From: Paratractidigestivibacter sp.
GTDB lineage: Bacteria; Spirochaetota; Spirochaetia; Treponematales; Treponemataceae
Assembly (NCBI GenBank): GCA_963644915.1
Contig: CAVIQW010000002.1
Coordinates: 44,724-108,723, forward strand
Length of the DNA stretch: 64,000 nt
Direction: 5' to 3'
The translations under genes and the position numbers were made by a program. This document shows, piece by piece, positions 10,621-19,855 of this stretch (the stretch's first letter is position 1; the number at the start of each line of letters is the position of its first letter). The notes under the pieces were generated by a model that saw only the letters and a list, made by a program, of their open reading frames with translations, did no database searches and was not told the origin of the DNA.

Positions 10621-11676
10621 ATGGCTCGCAAAAATCTGCTTAAAGGTTTTAAGAAACCAAAAGGTATTACTTTTGAGCATCTTGAGACTAATCCGAATTA
10701 TGGTAAGTTCACAGCTTATCCTTTTGAAACAGGATTTGGTACAACAGTAGGAAATACTTTGCGCCGTGTTTTGCTTTCATCAATTCAGGGTTACGCCATC
10801 ACATCAATCCGCATCACTTCTTATGATGCAGATGGTGTGCCACACGTAATTTCAAGTGAATTTGAAGCAATCCCAAATGTTTCTGAAGATACATTGGAAA
10901 TCATCAACAGTCTTAAACAGATTCGTTTGCGTCTTCCTAACGATGTTGAACAGGACACTATCCTTTATGAATTTAAAGGTCCTGGTGTTGTAAAGAGCGA
11001 TGATCTTGCAAAGGAAAATCAGCTTGAAGTTATGACTAAAGATATGCTTGTCTTTACGATGATGGAAGGTTGTCACCTTGAAGTTGAAATGCAGGTTGAT
11101 CTTGGTCGTGGTTATGTTCCAGCGGAAGTGAATGAACACTATATTGAAATTGTTGGTACACTTCCTATGGATGCAATCTTTACACCTGTTCCAAAGGTAA
11201 AGTATTCTATTGAGCCTTGCCGTGTAGGACAGCGAAATGATTACGATAAGCTTGTTCTGGAAATTTGGACAGATGGAACAATTGCACCTGAAGATGCGTT
11301 GGCAGAAGCTGCAAAGATTGCTAAAGATCATTTTTCAATTTTTGTAAACTTTAATGACAGTGATGTCGCTAGTAGTGATGAAGATAGTGAAGATGATGCA
11401 AGAATTAAGGAAATTCTTAATACTCCTGTAGAGGAGCTTGAGCTTTCTGTTCGTTCTTCAAATTGTCTTAAAAATGCAAATATCCGCACTATTGGTGAAT
11501 TAACTAAAAAGACAGAAGATGATATTGCAAAGACTCGAAACTTTGGTAAGAAGAGTCTTACAGAAATCAAAGAAAAACTTCAGGAATGGGGCTTGACTCT
11601 TGGTATGACTGACTATAGTCATCTGAAGAATGCTGCAAACTTAACAAAGCAGAAGGAAGAAACAGATGAATCATAG
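10621..11676 (+). CDS. rpoA: DNA-directed RNA polymerase subunit alpha
   Basis: 351 aa. N-terminal dimerisation domain ([14 protein letters not shown]) and C-terminal HhH domain ([17 protein letters not shown]). Confidence 0.96.
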   Translation: MARKNLLKGFKKPKGITFEHLETNPNYGKFTAYPFETGFGTTVGNTLRRVLLSSIQGYAITSIRITSYDADGVPHVISSEFEAIPNVSEDTLEIINSLKQIRLRLPNDVEQDTILYEFKGPGVVKSDDLAKENQLEVMTKDMLVFTMMEGCHLEVEMQVDLGRGYVPAEVNEHYIEIVGTLPMDAIFTPVPKVKYSIEPCRVGQRNDYDKLVLEIWTDGTIAPEDALAEAAKIAKDHFSIFVNFNDSDVASSDEDSEDDARIKEILNTPVEELELSVRSSNCLKNANIRTIGELTKKTEDDIAKTRNFGKKSLTEIKEKLQEWGLTLGMTDYSHLKNAANLTKQKEETDES

Positions 11677-12220
11677 AAATGGTTTTAATCCGCTTTCGCG
11701 CACAACAGCACACCGTCGTGCAATGTCACGCAATATGGTGACTTCGCTCTTTAGATTTGAACGTATTACTACAACAAAAGCTAAAGCGTTGGAAGTTCGC
11801 AAAGCTGCTGAAAAATTAATTACTAGAAGCAAAATTGATTCAGTTCACAATCGTCGTGAAGCTGCAAAATTTATTGCAGATGAAAAGATTTTGAACAAAC
11901 TTTTTACTGAAATCGGTCCTAGAATGAAAGACCGCAACGGTGGTTATACTCGTGTTCTTAAAATTGGTTTCCGACAGGGTGATGCTGCTGATATGGTTAT
12001 TCTTGAACTTGTAGACTACAAACTTGATACTGAAGTTAAAGAAGAAAAAACTGCGGCTAAAGCAAAAAAGTCTGCTAAATCTACAGAGGAAAAGAAAGAG
12101 CCAGCTAAAAAAGCTGCAACTGCTGAAAAAAAGCCTGCTGCAAAGAAGACTTCTGCAGCTAAGAAAACAACTGCAAAGAAAGCTGCTGAACCTAAAGCAG
12201 AAGATGCAGATAAGGAGTAG
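11666..12220 (+). CDS. rplQ: 50S ribosomal protein L17 with a ~65-aa Lys/Ala-rich C-terminal extension
   Basis: The L17 core runs about aa 1-117 ([21 protein letters not shown]). The tail is [14 protein letters not shown]...[14 protein letters not shown]. The gene overlaps the rpoA end by 11 nt. Confidence 0.93.
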   Translation: MNHRNGFNPLSRTTAHRRAMSRNMVTSLFRFERITTTKAKALEVRKAAEKLITRSKIDSVHNRREAAKFIADEKILNKLFTEIGPRMKDRNGGYTRVLKIGFRQGDAADMVILELVDYKLDTEVKEEKTAAKAKKSAKSTEEKKEPAKKAATAEKKPAAKKTSAAKKTTAKKAAEPKAEDADKE

Positions 12221-12223
12221 GAA

Positions 12224-12460
12224 ATGTCTAAGAACCATCGTGGAACTGGTATCCGTTCACTTCCAGCACACGGAAGAGCTACTTGCCCTATCTGTAAGAA
12301 GACAGATGTAAAATGCCTTTATGAAAAAGAAGTTGACGGTCAGACTTTAAATATCTGCAAAGTATGTAACGCTACTTTGAAGAATAAAGAAAGAGTTGCT
12401 GCAAAGGCTGCGGCAAAGGCGGCTCCGGCTGCTGAAACTTCTGCACCAGCTGCAGAGTAA
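12224..12460 (+). CDS. Small basic zinc-ribbon protein (78 aa) embedded in the r-protein operon, function unknown
   Basis: AAGGAG RBS 8 nt upstream. The ATG is 3 nt after the rplQ stop. It has CPICKK...CKVC (a four-Cys ribbon) and an Ala/Lys-rich C-terminus. rpsD follows directly. I recognise no family. Confidence 0.7.
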   Translation: MSKNHRGTGIRSLPAHGRATCPICKKTDVKCLYEKEVDGQTLNICKVCNATLKNKERVAAKAAAKAAPAAETSAPAAE

Positions 12461-12481
12461 AAAAATAAATAGGAGCATAAA

Positions 12482-13075
12482 ATGGCTACTAGAAGAAGTC
12501 CTCGTTTTAAAGAATGTAGAAGACTTGGTGTAAACGTATGTGGACACCCTAAAGCACTGGAAAGAGCAAATTCCCCTGCTTTTGCTAAAAAAAAGAAGGT
12601 TTCTGAATATGGTCTTCAGTTGATTGAAAAACAGAAAGTAAAGGCTTATTACGGAATCCTTGAAAAACAGATGAGAAGATATTTCGAAGCGGCAGCTCGT
12701 GCAACAGGTAATACTGGAGATGAATTGCTTATTCTTTTGGAACGTCGTCTTGATAATCTTGTATATCGTGCTGGTTTTGCTAAGTCTATTCGTCAGGCTC
12801 GCCAGATGGTAAGTCACGGACACTTTACTGTTGATGGAAAGAAAGTAAATATTCCTTCTTTCTCTGTAAAAGTTGGACAGATAATCGCATTGAGCGAAAA
12901 AGCTCAGAAGTCAGGTGCTTTAAAAGCAATCTTCCTTGAAGATAAGGCTGGAAAACTTGAATATATTGAAAAGAATGTAGACGGCTTTACTGCTAAGTTT
13001 AGCCGCTTGCCACTTCGTTCTGAAATTCCAGTTGATGTAAAGGAAAATCTTGTAATCGAATACTATTCTAAATAG
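12482..13075 (+). CDS. rpsD: 30S ribosomal protein S4
   Basis: 197 aa. S4 N-terminal and S4 RNA-binding domains (RLDNLVYRAGFAKSIRQARQMVSHGHFTVDGKKV). Confidence 0.95.
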   Translation: MATRRSPRFKECRRLGVNVCGHPKALERANSPAFAKKKKVSEYGLQLIEKQKVKAYYGILEKQMRRYFEAAARATGNTGDELLILLERRLDNLVYRAGFAKSIRQARQMVSHGHFTVDGKKVNIPSFSVKVGQIIALSEKAQKSGALKAIFLEDKAGKLEYIEKNVDGFTAKFSRLPLRSEIPVDVKENLVIEYYSK

Positions 13076-13092
13076 TGCTTGAGCGATAACAA

Positions 13093-13124
13093 ACGGCAGT
13101 CCATGCGGCTGTCGTTTTTTTTTT
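13093..13124 (+). terminator. Rho-independent terminator closing the r-protein superoperon
   Basis: 7-bp stem ACGGCAG / CTGTCGT (one G-U pair) followed by a T10 run. Confidence 0.7.
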
Positions 13125-13252
13125 GTCATTTTTAGTTTTGTGTCTTTATAAAATTTAATTTGTGATAAATATTTGTCTAGCAAAACTCTTCCATAAGAAT
13201 TTGAAATAAATTATTATTATATAAAAATATTTTTTCATTTTCGGAGGAAAAT

Positions 13253-14389
13253 ATGAAAAAGTTTGTTGGATTTGCTGGTCTTGCTACAATGGCTTTTGCT
13301 TTGGCGGGTTGTTCTAAAACATCTGGCGATACTATAAAAATCGGTGGTGTGGCACCTCTTTCGGGAAGTGTTGCTGTATATGGTGTTGAATGTAAAAATG
13401 GTATTGATCTTGCTGTTGAAGAAATTAATGCCGCTGGTGGCATTGCTGGAAAGAAAGTTGAATTTATCTGCGAGGATGATGAAGGTTCTCCAGATAAGAC
13501 TGTAAATGCTTTTAAGAAGCTTATTACAAAGGACGGCGTAAAATATGTGATTGGTTCTTTGACTAGTGGCTGTACTCAGGCAATTACAACTTTGGCACAG
13601 GCTAGCAAGGTTATTCAGATTGCTCCTGCCGCTACTGCTCCTGCGATTACAGATGCTGGAAATTATATTTTCCGCACTTGTTTTATTGACCCATTTCAGG
13701 GAACTGTAGGTGGAAAATTTGCGGCTGAAAATTTAAAGACAAAGCGTGCCGCTGTTCTTTGTGATAGTGGAAACGATTATTCAGTAGGTCTTTCTGAAAA
13801 TTTTCAGAAAGCTTTTATGGCTAACGGTGGAGAAATTGTTGCCCTTGAGTCATATTCAACTGGTGACAAGGATTTTAATGCTCAGCTTACAAAAATTAAG
13901 AATGCTAAGCCTGATGTAGTTTATTTGCCTGATTATTATGGAACTGTTGCTTTGATTGCAAAACAGCTTAGGGCTCAAGGAATAAACACTCCGATTGTTG
14001 GTGCTGACGGTTGGGACGGACTTACAGCAAATGCTGGCGAAGAGGTTTTGAACGGTTATTATTCAAACCACTATGCGGAAGATTCTACAGAGCCTGCTGT
14101 TCAGAATCTTGTAAAGTCGTTCAAGGCTAAATACAACAAGGCACCAAATTCTTTTGCTGTTCTTGGTTATGATTCTGTTTATATATTGAAGGACGCGATT
14201 GAGGCTGCTGGAACTTTTGATGTTGAAAAAGTTCGTGATGCTCTTGAAAAAACTGATGGTAACTATGTAACAGGACATATTACTTTTGATGAAAAACGAA
14301 ATCCTGTAAAGTCTGCGGTTATGATTGAGTTTGTAAAGGGAGCAGATGGAAAAATTACAACTGCGTATAAGACTACGGTAAACCCGTAA
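13253..14389 (+). CDS. ABC-transporter substrate-binding lipoprotein, Leu/Ile/Val-binding (LivJ/LivK, type I PBP) family
   Basis: 378 aa. Signal peptide plus lipobox LAGCS. Family-typical IKIGGVAPLSGSVAVYG start of the mature domain. No permease or ATPase genes are adjacent. Confidence 0.8.
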   Translation: MKKFVGFAGLATMAFALAGCSKTSGDTIKIGGVAPLSGSVAVYGVECKNGIDLAVEEINAAGGIAGKKVEFICEDDEGSPDKTVNAFKKLITKDGVKYVIGSLTSGCTQAITTLAQASKVIQIAPAATAPAITDAGNYIFRTCFIDPFQGTVGGKFAAENLKTKRAAVLCDSGNDYSVGLSENFQKAFMANGGEIVALESYSTGDKDFNAQLTKIKNAKPDVVYLPDYYGTVALIAKQLRAQGINTPIVGADGWDGLTANAGEEVLNGYYSNHYAEDSTEPAVQNLVKSFKAKYNKAPNSFAVLGYDSVYILKDAIEAAGTFDVEKVRDALEKTDGNYVTGHITFDEKRNPVKSAVMIEFVKGADGKITTAYKTTVNP

Positions 14390-14701
14390 GGAAAATACGT
14401 CCTGTATTTTCCTTACTACGAGAAATCCTAGGGGATTTCTCGCTCGGGTAAGTGCGGGCGTCCTTGCCCGCAGGTGATTGAGAGAACTAGTTTTTTTTAG
14501 CTGGCGATGAAAAAAATGCATCCTTGCATTTTTTTACTGGCGGTTGAAAGACTGGAAAAGTTATTTTGTAGATTGTGGATGCTGGTGGCTTTTGCTGCCG
14601 GCATTTTTTTTGTGCGAAAAAAATTTTAAAAACTGTACAGTTTTTAAGGGGTTTACAAAACCCCTTAATCCGAAACCTTGCTTTGCTCGGTTTCGGATTA
14701 A
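14388..14701. repeat. Chain of at least 7 independent hairpins/palindromes in a 363-bp spacer
   Basis: Stems: 14388-14414 (11 bp, loop GTCCT); 14419-14442 (10 bp); 14454-14471 (6 bp, loop GTCCTT); 14510-14535 (11 bp, loop TCCT); 14626-14647 (22-nt perfect palindrome); 14644-14668 (11 bp); 14665-14701 (13 bp). The last three share TTAA junctions. Confidence 0.8.
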
Positions 14702-14752
14702 ATATCTTGTGCTTTTTAGGTTCTTTTTAAAAGGAGAGAACTGGGAGTTTTT

Positions 14753-15454
14753 ATGAAAAAGTTTTTTTTTGCAATTGCTTTGGTGGCTGGATTAGGAGTA
14801 AACTCGTTATTCGCAAATGTTGAGATGGGGTTGAACCTTTATGGAACGCCGTATTCGGGAATCAAACTTGATTCTGATCCGGACTGTAGGGCTCAATTTA
14901 AGGATCCGTTTGGTTGTGAAACACAGTTTGAATTTTTCTTTGGTGCACCTGCAAAATTTGTTGATATTGGTATGGGACTTTCTTGGGGAATGGATTTTTT
15001 TAATAAGTGTAAATTTCTCTCGGGTGGAGATTCTGTAGGTTCTAATTATTTATGGCCTGCGTTTGATGTTTTTATGACTCTTGGACCTGCGGTTAGATTC
15101 CATATTGGTGATATGAATTCATTTTTAGTAAGTCCAGGTCTTATTTGCAATTTTGGTTATGGTTCAGGCAGAAGTGTTACAATTTTAGGATTTTACTCAG
15201 GTCTTAATCTTGATTTAGGTTATAGGGTTTGGATTGTGAACAGAACTGGATTCCACTTTGGATTTGATGTCGGTGCTGATTTGAATTTCCCATTCGCAGG
15301 TTTTTCTGAAGTATTTTCTCATCGTGATGAAGATGATAGTGATATGAGTGGTAGTTTTGATATAATTGGCGGAAGTGATGCTAAGATTTATTTTGGAGTT
15401 GTTTTTAATTTTGGGGACAAGGCTCCGGATAAGGCAAGAAACAGGGCTGAATAA
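14753..15454 (+). CDS. Secreted hypothetical protein, possibly an outer-membrane beta-barrel
   Basis: 233 aa. N-terminal signal peptide (MKKFFFAIALVAGLGVNSLFA). Gly/aromatic-rich alternating segments. GGAGAG RBS. The function call is weak. Confidence 0.6.
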   Translation: MKKFFFAIALVAGLGVNSLFANVEMGLNLYGTPYSGIKLDSDPDCRAQFKDPFGCETQFEFFFGAPAKFVDIGMGLSWGMDFFNKCKFLSGGDSVGSNYLWPAFDVFMTLGPAVRFHIGDMNSFLVSPGLICNFGYGSGRSVTILGFYSGLNLDLGYRVWIVNRTGFHFGFDVGADLNFPFAGFSEVFSHRDEDDSDMSGSFDIIGGSDAKIYFGVVFNFGDKAPDKARNRAE

Positions 15455-15474
15455 TAAATTTATATGTTAGGTTG

Positions 15475-15510
15475 AAAAGACTGTCCGATTTTAGGGCAGT
15501 CTTTTTTTTT
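15475..15510 (+). terminator. Rho-independent terminator
   Basis: Stem AGACTGTCC / GGGCAGTCT, loop GATTTTA, then a T9 run. Confidence 0.75.
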
Positions 15511-15813
15511 CTTTGAATGGTAGTCGCGGTTTTCGTGGTGGCTAAGAATGAGCGGAGGGATTGTTGTGCGGTTTGCGCGGTGAAAAAAACTTGCGCGGGT
15601 ATGGAGCGGCCGCCGTGGCGGTTGCGGAAAAGAAAACGTCTGGAGGATTTTTGTTTTTTTTTAGAAAAGGATGTTTTGTGTTCTGGGGCTTTTTTTTGTT
15701 TTTTTTAATAAACCTGGCGTTTTCTTTGCTGCAATGAGGTTACGAAACCGCGGAACACCCGTTGCGGTGGTAGTTTGCGCCCAAAGAAAGAAAAAAGTTA
15801 TTTGCATTGTGCG

Positions 15814-15842
15814 TTGAAAGGGCGTTTGAATATCTTTATAAT
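15814..15842 (+). promoter_or_regulatory. Sigma70-type promoter candidate directly abutting the purL ATG
   Basis: TTGAAA (15814-15819), 17-nt spacer, TATAAT (15837-15842). The ATG is at 15850, only 7 nt after the -10 hexamer, and there is no Shine-Dalgarno sequence. Confidence 0.4.
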
Positions 15843-15849
15843 GTAATTT

Positions 15850-18800
15850 ATGTTTCGTTTATATGTAGAAAGGAAGCCTGGTTTTGCTAACGAGGCTGAA
15901 AGTTATTTGTCGCAGATTAATAATTTTTTGGGAATTTCTGGTGTGACTGGAGTTCGTTATCTTAACCGCTATGATGTTGAAAATATTGGCGAGGCTGTTG
16001 GTAAGGCGGCGGCCACAAGAATTTTTAGCGAACCTCAGAGTGATTTTGTTTTTTATGACAGGGTTGATATTGCTGACGGAGATACTGTTATTGTATGGGA
16101 ATATTTGCCGGGTCAGTATGATCAGCGTGCGGACAGTGCGGAACAGTGTTTGAATTTGCTTAGGGCGGGAATGGCATCTTCTGTGCCAGTTTTGAAGGAA
16201 ACTCCTCGTGTTCGTTGTGCAAAAATGGTTGTTTTGAGCGGAAAGGTTTCTGCGGATGATGTTAAGAAGATTGAGAATTATTTAATTAATCCGGTTGATA
16301 GCCGTTTGACTGATGACAAGATTCCTGAAACTTTGGAGATAAAGTCTGATGTTCCGGGCGATATTCCTGTGGTGGACGGTTTTATTGGTTGGAACGACAA
16401 GGTGTTGGAAGATTACCGCAAAAAAATGGGTCTTGCAATGGATTTTGCGGATATTAAATTTTTGCAGAGTTATTTTGTTGGTGAAAAGCGTGACCCGACT
16501 GAAACTGAAATTAGGGTTCTGGATACTTACTGGTCTGACCATTGCCGACATACGACTTTTTTGACTGAATTAAAGAATATTAAGGTTGAGGACGGTCCGT
16601 ATGCGGATTTGTTCAAAAAATCTTTGCAGAATTACACTGAGATGCGCACTGAGATGTATACTGGACGCACTGACAAGCCTGTTTGTCTTATGGATATGGC
16701 TGTTATTGGCATAAAATATCTTAAGAAGCATGGAAAACTTGATAATCTTGAAGTTAGCGAAGAAAACAATGCCTGCTCTGTTTATATTGATGTTCATTAC
16801 ACTCATGATTGCGATGGAAATGAATGTGACAAAAAAGAAACTTGGCTTTTGATGTTTAAAAACGAAACTCATAACCATCCGACAGAAATTGAGCCTTTTG
16901 GTGGGGCGGCCACTTGTATTGGTGGGGCAATTCGGGACCCGCTTTCTGGGCGTTCGTGGGTTTACCAGTCTATGCGTGTTACTGGGGCGGCAGACCCTAC
17001 TGTTCCTTTGAGTGCAACAAGAAAAGGTAAACTTCCTCAGGTTAAGATTTGCCGCGAGGCTGCCCAGGGATTTAGTTCCTATGGAAATCAGATTGGTTTG
17101 ACTACTGGGCAGGTTGTGGAGCTTTATCATCCTGGATATTTGGCAAAGCGAATGGAGCTTGGTGCGGTTGTTGCGGCTGCTCCTGTTGATACTGTTATGC
17201 GTGAACGACCTGAGCCTGGCGATGTTGTGATTCTTGTTGGTGGCGGAACTGGTCGTGATGGAATTGGTGGCGCTACTGGTTCTTCTAAGGTTCATACTGA
17301 AAAATCTGTTTCTACGGCTGCCGCGGAAGTTCAGAAGGGAAATGCGGTTGAGGAACGAAAAATTCAGCGTTTGTTCAGGAATAAAGATGTGAGCCTGATG
17401 ATTAGACGTTGCAATGACTTTGGTGCTGGCGGTGTTTCTGTTGCGATTGGGGAACTTGCTCCAGGACTTGATATTGATTTGGATAAAGTTCCTAAAAAAT
17501 ATGAAGGTTTGAACGGAACGGAACTTGCGATTTCTGAATCTCAGGAACGAATGGCTGTTGTTGTACGCGCAAAAGATGCTGAAAAATTTATTGATGCGGC
17601 GGCAAAAGAAAATCTGCAGGCGGTGAAAGTTGCTGATGTTACGGATACGAATCGCCTTGTGATTAACTGGCGCGGCAAAACGATTGTGAATCTTGGGCGT
17701 GAATTTTTGGATGCGGCGGGGGCGCACCATGAGGCGGTTGCGTTGATTGAAAGTCCTGCCGCACAAAAAGATTCTCCGCTTGTAAATGCGTTGGATTCTG
17801 TAAAAGAGGAGCTGGCTAAGCGTGAAACTGTTGGCGGTGAAACTGCACTTAAAAACGCTTGGATGAAAAATATAAGCGATTTGGCTTGTTGTTCTCAGCG
17901 TGGATTGGGCGAACGGTTTGATGGTTCGATTGGTTCTTCTACAGTTTTGTTCCCTTATGGTGGAAAATATCAAAGTACGCCGGAATCTGGAATGGTTGCA
18001 AAAATTCCTGTTGTTAGTCCGCTGGAAACTTCCACTGTAAGTATGATGGCTTTTGGCTATGACCCTAGGGTTGGTGAATGGTCGCCGTGGCACGGAGCGC
18101 AGACTGCGGTTCTTTCTTCTTTGGCGAAGATTGCTTGTATGGGCGGAAAGCCTGTTGACTGTCGTCTTTCGTTCCAGGAATTTTTTGGGCGTGCTGTAAG
18201 TGAAAAAACTTGGGGTTACCCGGCAGCGGCTCTTCTTGGTTCTATTGATGCACAAAATGCGATGGGAACTGCTTCTATCGGTGGAAAAGATTCAATGTCT
18301 GGAACTTTTGAAGAATTGAATGTTCCGCATACACTGGTTTCTTTTGCGGTTACAAGCGATGACGTAAAAAATGTTACTAGCGGTTCTTTTAAAAAGGCTG
18401 GTGACAACGTTTATCTTGTTACTGTTCCGTATTCTTCTGTTCTTGCACCGGATTTTGAGGCTTTCACAAAAAACTCAAACAATCTTTATGAACTGAATTC
18501 TCAGGATAAAATTGCTGCGATGTATCCAGTTTGTGCTGGCGGAATTGCTGAGGCTGTTACAAAAATGGCTCTAGGAAATAAAATCGGTGTAAAAATCGAT
18601 AATCTTCCTTTTAGCGCGACTGCGGCTGGTTTTGATAAAATCAAAAAAGTTACTCCAAAGGATTTGTTCACTCCGCTTTATGGTTCAATTATTGTTGAGG
18701 CTGACGGCGAACTTGATTTGGGCGGATTTGCTGAAGGAACTGCCTTTAAGATTGGAAATACTGTTGACGCTGCGGAAATTGAAGTTACAGTTGACAATAT

Positions 18801-19830
18801 TCCAGGTGTAAGGATTGACTTGGCTGATGCGGAAACTGCGTGGGAGTCAAAATTGTACGAGGTTTTCCCTCCAGTGAGCGGTGCAGAAGTTCAGAAACCG
18901 CTTCCTGAATTTGCGGTGAATATTCACAAGTCTTTGTCTGATATAAGAAAAAATCCGGTTTTTGCTGCTCCTAGGACAAACCCGCGTGTTTTGATTCCTG
19001 TTTTTCCGGGAACGAACTGCGAATTTGACATGGCTCGCGCATTTAATCTTGCTGGTGCTGAAACAAAAATTATTGTTTTGGCGAATAAAACTCCGGCTTT
19101 GCTGGAAGAATCTTTGTTGAATTTTGAAAAGGAACTGAAAGAGGCTCAGATTCTTGCGTTGAGCGGTGGTTTTAGTGCAGGTGATGAGCCGGACGGTTCT
19201 GCGAAATTTATTGCAAATTGTTTGCGAGAAGGTCGTGTTTCTGAGCAGGTTATGGCTTTGCTTAAAAAACGTGATGGACTTGTTCTTGGAATTTGTAACG
19301 GTTTTCAAGCGTTGGTTAAAACTGGTCTTGCAATGTACGGTGAATTCCGCGATATGGAACCAGATATGCCTACTTTGACATATAATAAGATTGGCCGCCA
19401 TATCAGCAGAATTGTGAGAACTCGTTTGGTTAGCGCGACAAGTCCGTGGGCAATGGATCCTAGTGTTGTTGATTCAAGAATTCATCTTGTTCCGATAAGC
19501 CACGGAGAAGGTCGGTTTGTTTGCGATGAAGCAACTGCAAAGAAATTCTTTGAGAACGGACAAGTTTTTACTCAGTATGTGGATGAATATGGAAATCCGG
19601 CGATTACTGAACCAGATAACCCGAACGGCTCTTTGTTTGCAATTGAAGGAATTACAAGTCCGGATGGAAGGGTTCTTGGTAAAATGGGACACAGTGAACG
19701 TACAATTGGAACTGGAGCAAATGGTTCTAGCTGTGATTTGATTATGAATGTTGCGGGAAATCCTCTTACAAATGAATATGAAAACAGTTGTGAAAATGTA
19801 TTTGCTGCAGGCGTTCGTTACTTTAAATAA
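15850..19830 (+). CDS. purL: Phosphoribosylformylglycinamidine (FGAM) synthase, single-chain large form
   Basis: 1326 aa. The N-terminus MFRLYVERKPGFANEA is typical of fused PurS-PurL-PurQ enzymes. It has AIR-synthase-like repeats and a C-terminal glutamine amidotransferase domain (GICNGFQ...SHGEGRF). Confidence 0.93.
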   Translation: MFRLYVERKPGFANEAESYLSQINNFLGISGVTGVRYLNRYDVENIGEAVGKAAATRIFSEPQSDFVFYDRVDIADGDTVIVWEYLPGQYDQRADSAEQCLNLLRAGMASSVPVLKETPRVRCAKMVVLSGKVSADDVKKIENYLINPVDSRLTDDKIPETLEIKSDVPGDIPVVDGFIGWNDKVLEDYRKKMGLAMDFADIKFLQSYFVGEKRDPTETEIRVLDTYWSDHCRHTTFLTELKNIKVEDGPYADLFKKSLQNYTEMRTEMYTGRTDKPVCLMDMAVIGIKYLKKHGKLDNLEVSEENNACSVYIDVHYTHDCDGNECDKKETWLLMFKNETHNHPTEIEPFGGAATCIGGAIRDPLSGRSWVYQSMRVTGAADPTVPLSATRKGKLPQVKICREAAQGFSSYGNQIGLTTGQVVELYHPGYLAKRMELGAVVAAAPVDTVMRERPEPGDVVILVGGGTGRDGIGGATGSSKVHTEKSVSTAAAEVQKGNAVEERKIQRLFRNKDVSLMIRRCNDFGAGGVSVAIGELAPGLDIDLDKVPKKYEGLNGTELAISESQERMAVVVRAKDAEKFIDAAAKENLQAVKVADVTDTNRLVINWRGKTIVNLGREFLDAAGAHHEAVALIESPAAQKDSPLVNALDSVKEELAKRETVGGETALKNAWMKNISDLACCSQRGLGERFDGSIGSSTVLFPYGGKYQSTPESGMVAKIPVVSPLETSTVSMMAFGYDPRVGEWSPWHGAQTAVLSSLAKIACMGGKPVDCRLSFQEFFGRAVSEKTWGYPAAALLGSIDAQNAMGTASIGGKDSMSGTFEELNVPHTLVSFAVTSDDVKNVTSGSFKKAGDNVYLVTVPYSSVLAPDFEAFTKNSNNLYELNSQDKIAAMYPVCAGGIAEAVTKMALGNKIGVKIDNLPFSATAAGFDKIKKVTPKDLFTPLYGSIIVEADGELDLGGFAEGTAFKIGNTVDAAEIEVTVDNIPGVRIDLADAETAWESKLYEVFPPVSGAEVQKPLPEFAVNIHKSLSDIRKNPVFAAPRTNPRVLIPVFPGTNCEFDMARAFNLAGAETKIIVLANKTPALLEESLLNFEKELKEAQILALSGGFSAGDEPDGSAKFIANCLREGRVSEQVMALLKKRDGLVLGICNGFQALVKTGLAMYGEFRDMEPDMPTLTYNKIGRHISRIVRTRLVSATSPWAMDPSVVDSRIHLVPISHGEGRFVCDEATAKKFFENGQVFTQYVDEYGNPAITEPDNPNGSLFAIEGITSPDGRVLGKMGHSERTIGTGANGSSCDLIMNVAGNPLTNEYENSCENVFAAGVRYFK

Positions 19831-19855
19831 ACGAATTTATTTATAGGATGGAAAA

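Noticed and set aside
12024-12311. 95-aa alternative-frame ORF across the rplQ tail and the zinc-ribbon gene
   Set aside because: It is a frame-shifted reading of the Lys/Ala-rich repeats (KKLQLLKK...). Both overlapped genes have proper RBSs and operon context.
14388-14701. CRISPR array suggested by the regular succession of palindromes
   Set aside because: The hairpin stems have different sequences and lengths, there is no constant repeat/spacer periodicity, and no cas genes are nearby.
15517-15708. 63-aa ORF in the GC-rich island upstream of purL
   Set aside because: It has no RBS and an implausible Cys/Phe/Arg-rich sequence that ends in poly-T-derived FFCFF. I treat it as non-coding. The region itself is reported as a finding.
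15710-15800. Possible ZTP (pfl) or purine riboswitch upstream of purL, prompted by CTGGCG and GC-rich hairpins
   Set aside because: The conserved ZTP 3' element (CCGCCTGGGC) and the purine-riboswitch core (TATAATCGCGTGGATATGGCACGCAAGTTTCTACC-like) are both absent. The best promoter lies downstream of this segment, so it may not even be in the purL transcript.
16570-18255. 561-aa ORF on the minus strand, the longest non-annotated ORF in the track
   Set aside because: It lies entirely antisense to the well-supported purL. Its translation is low-complexity (R/N/S/F/I-rich) with no recognisable motifs. This is a typical shadow ORF of a long gene.
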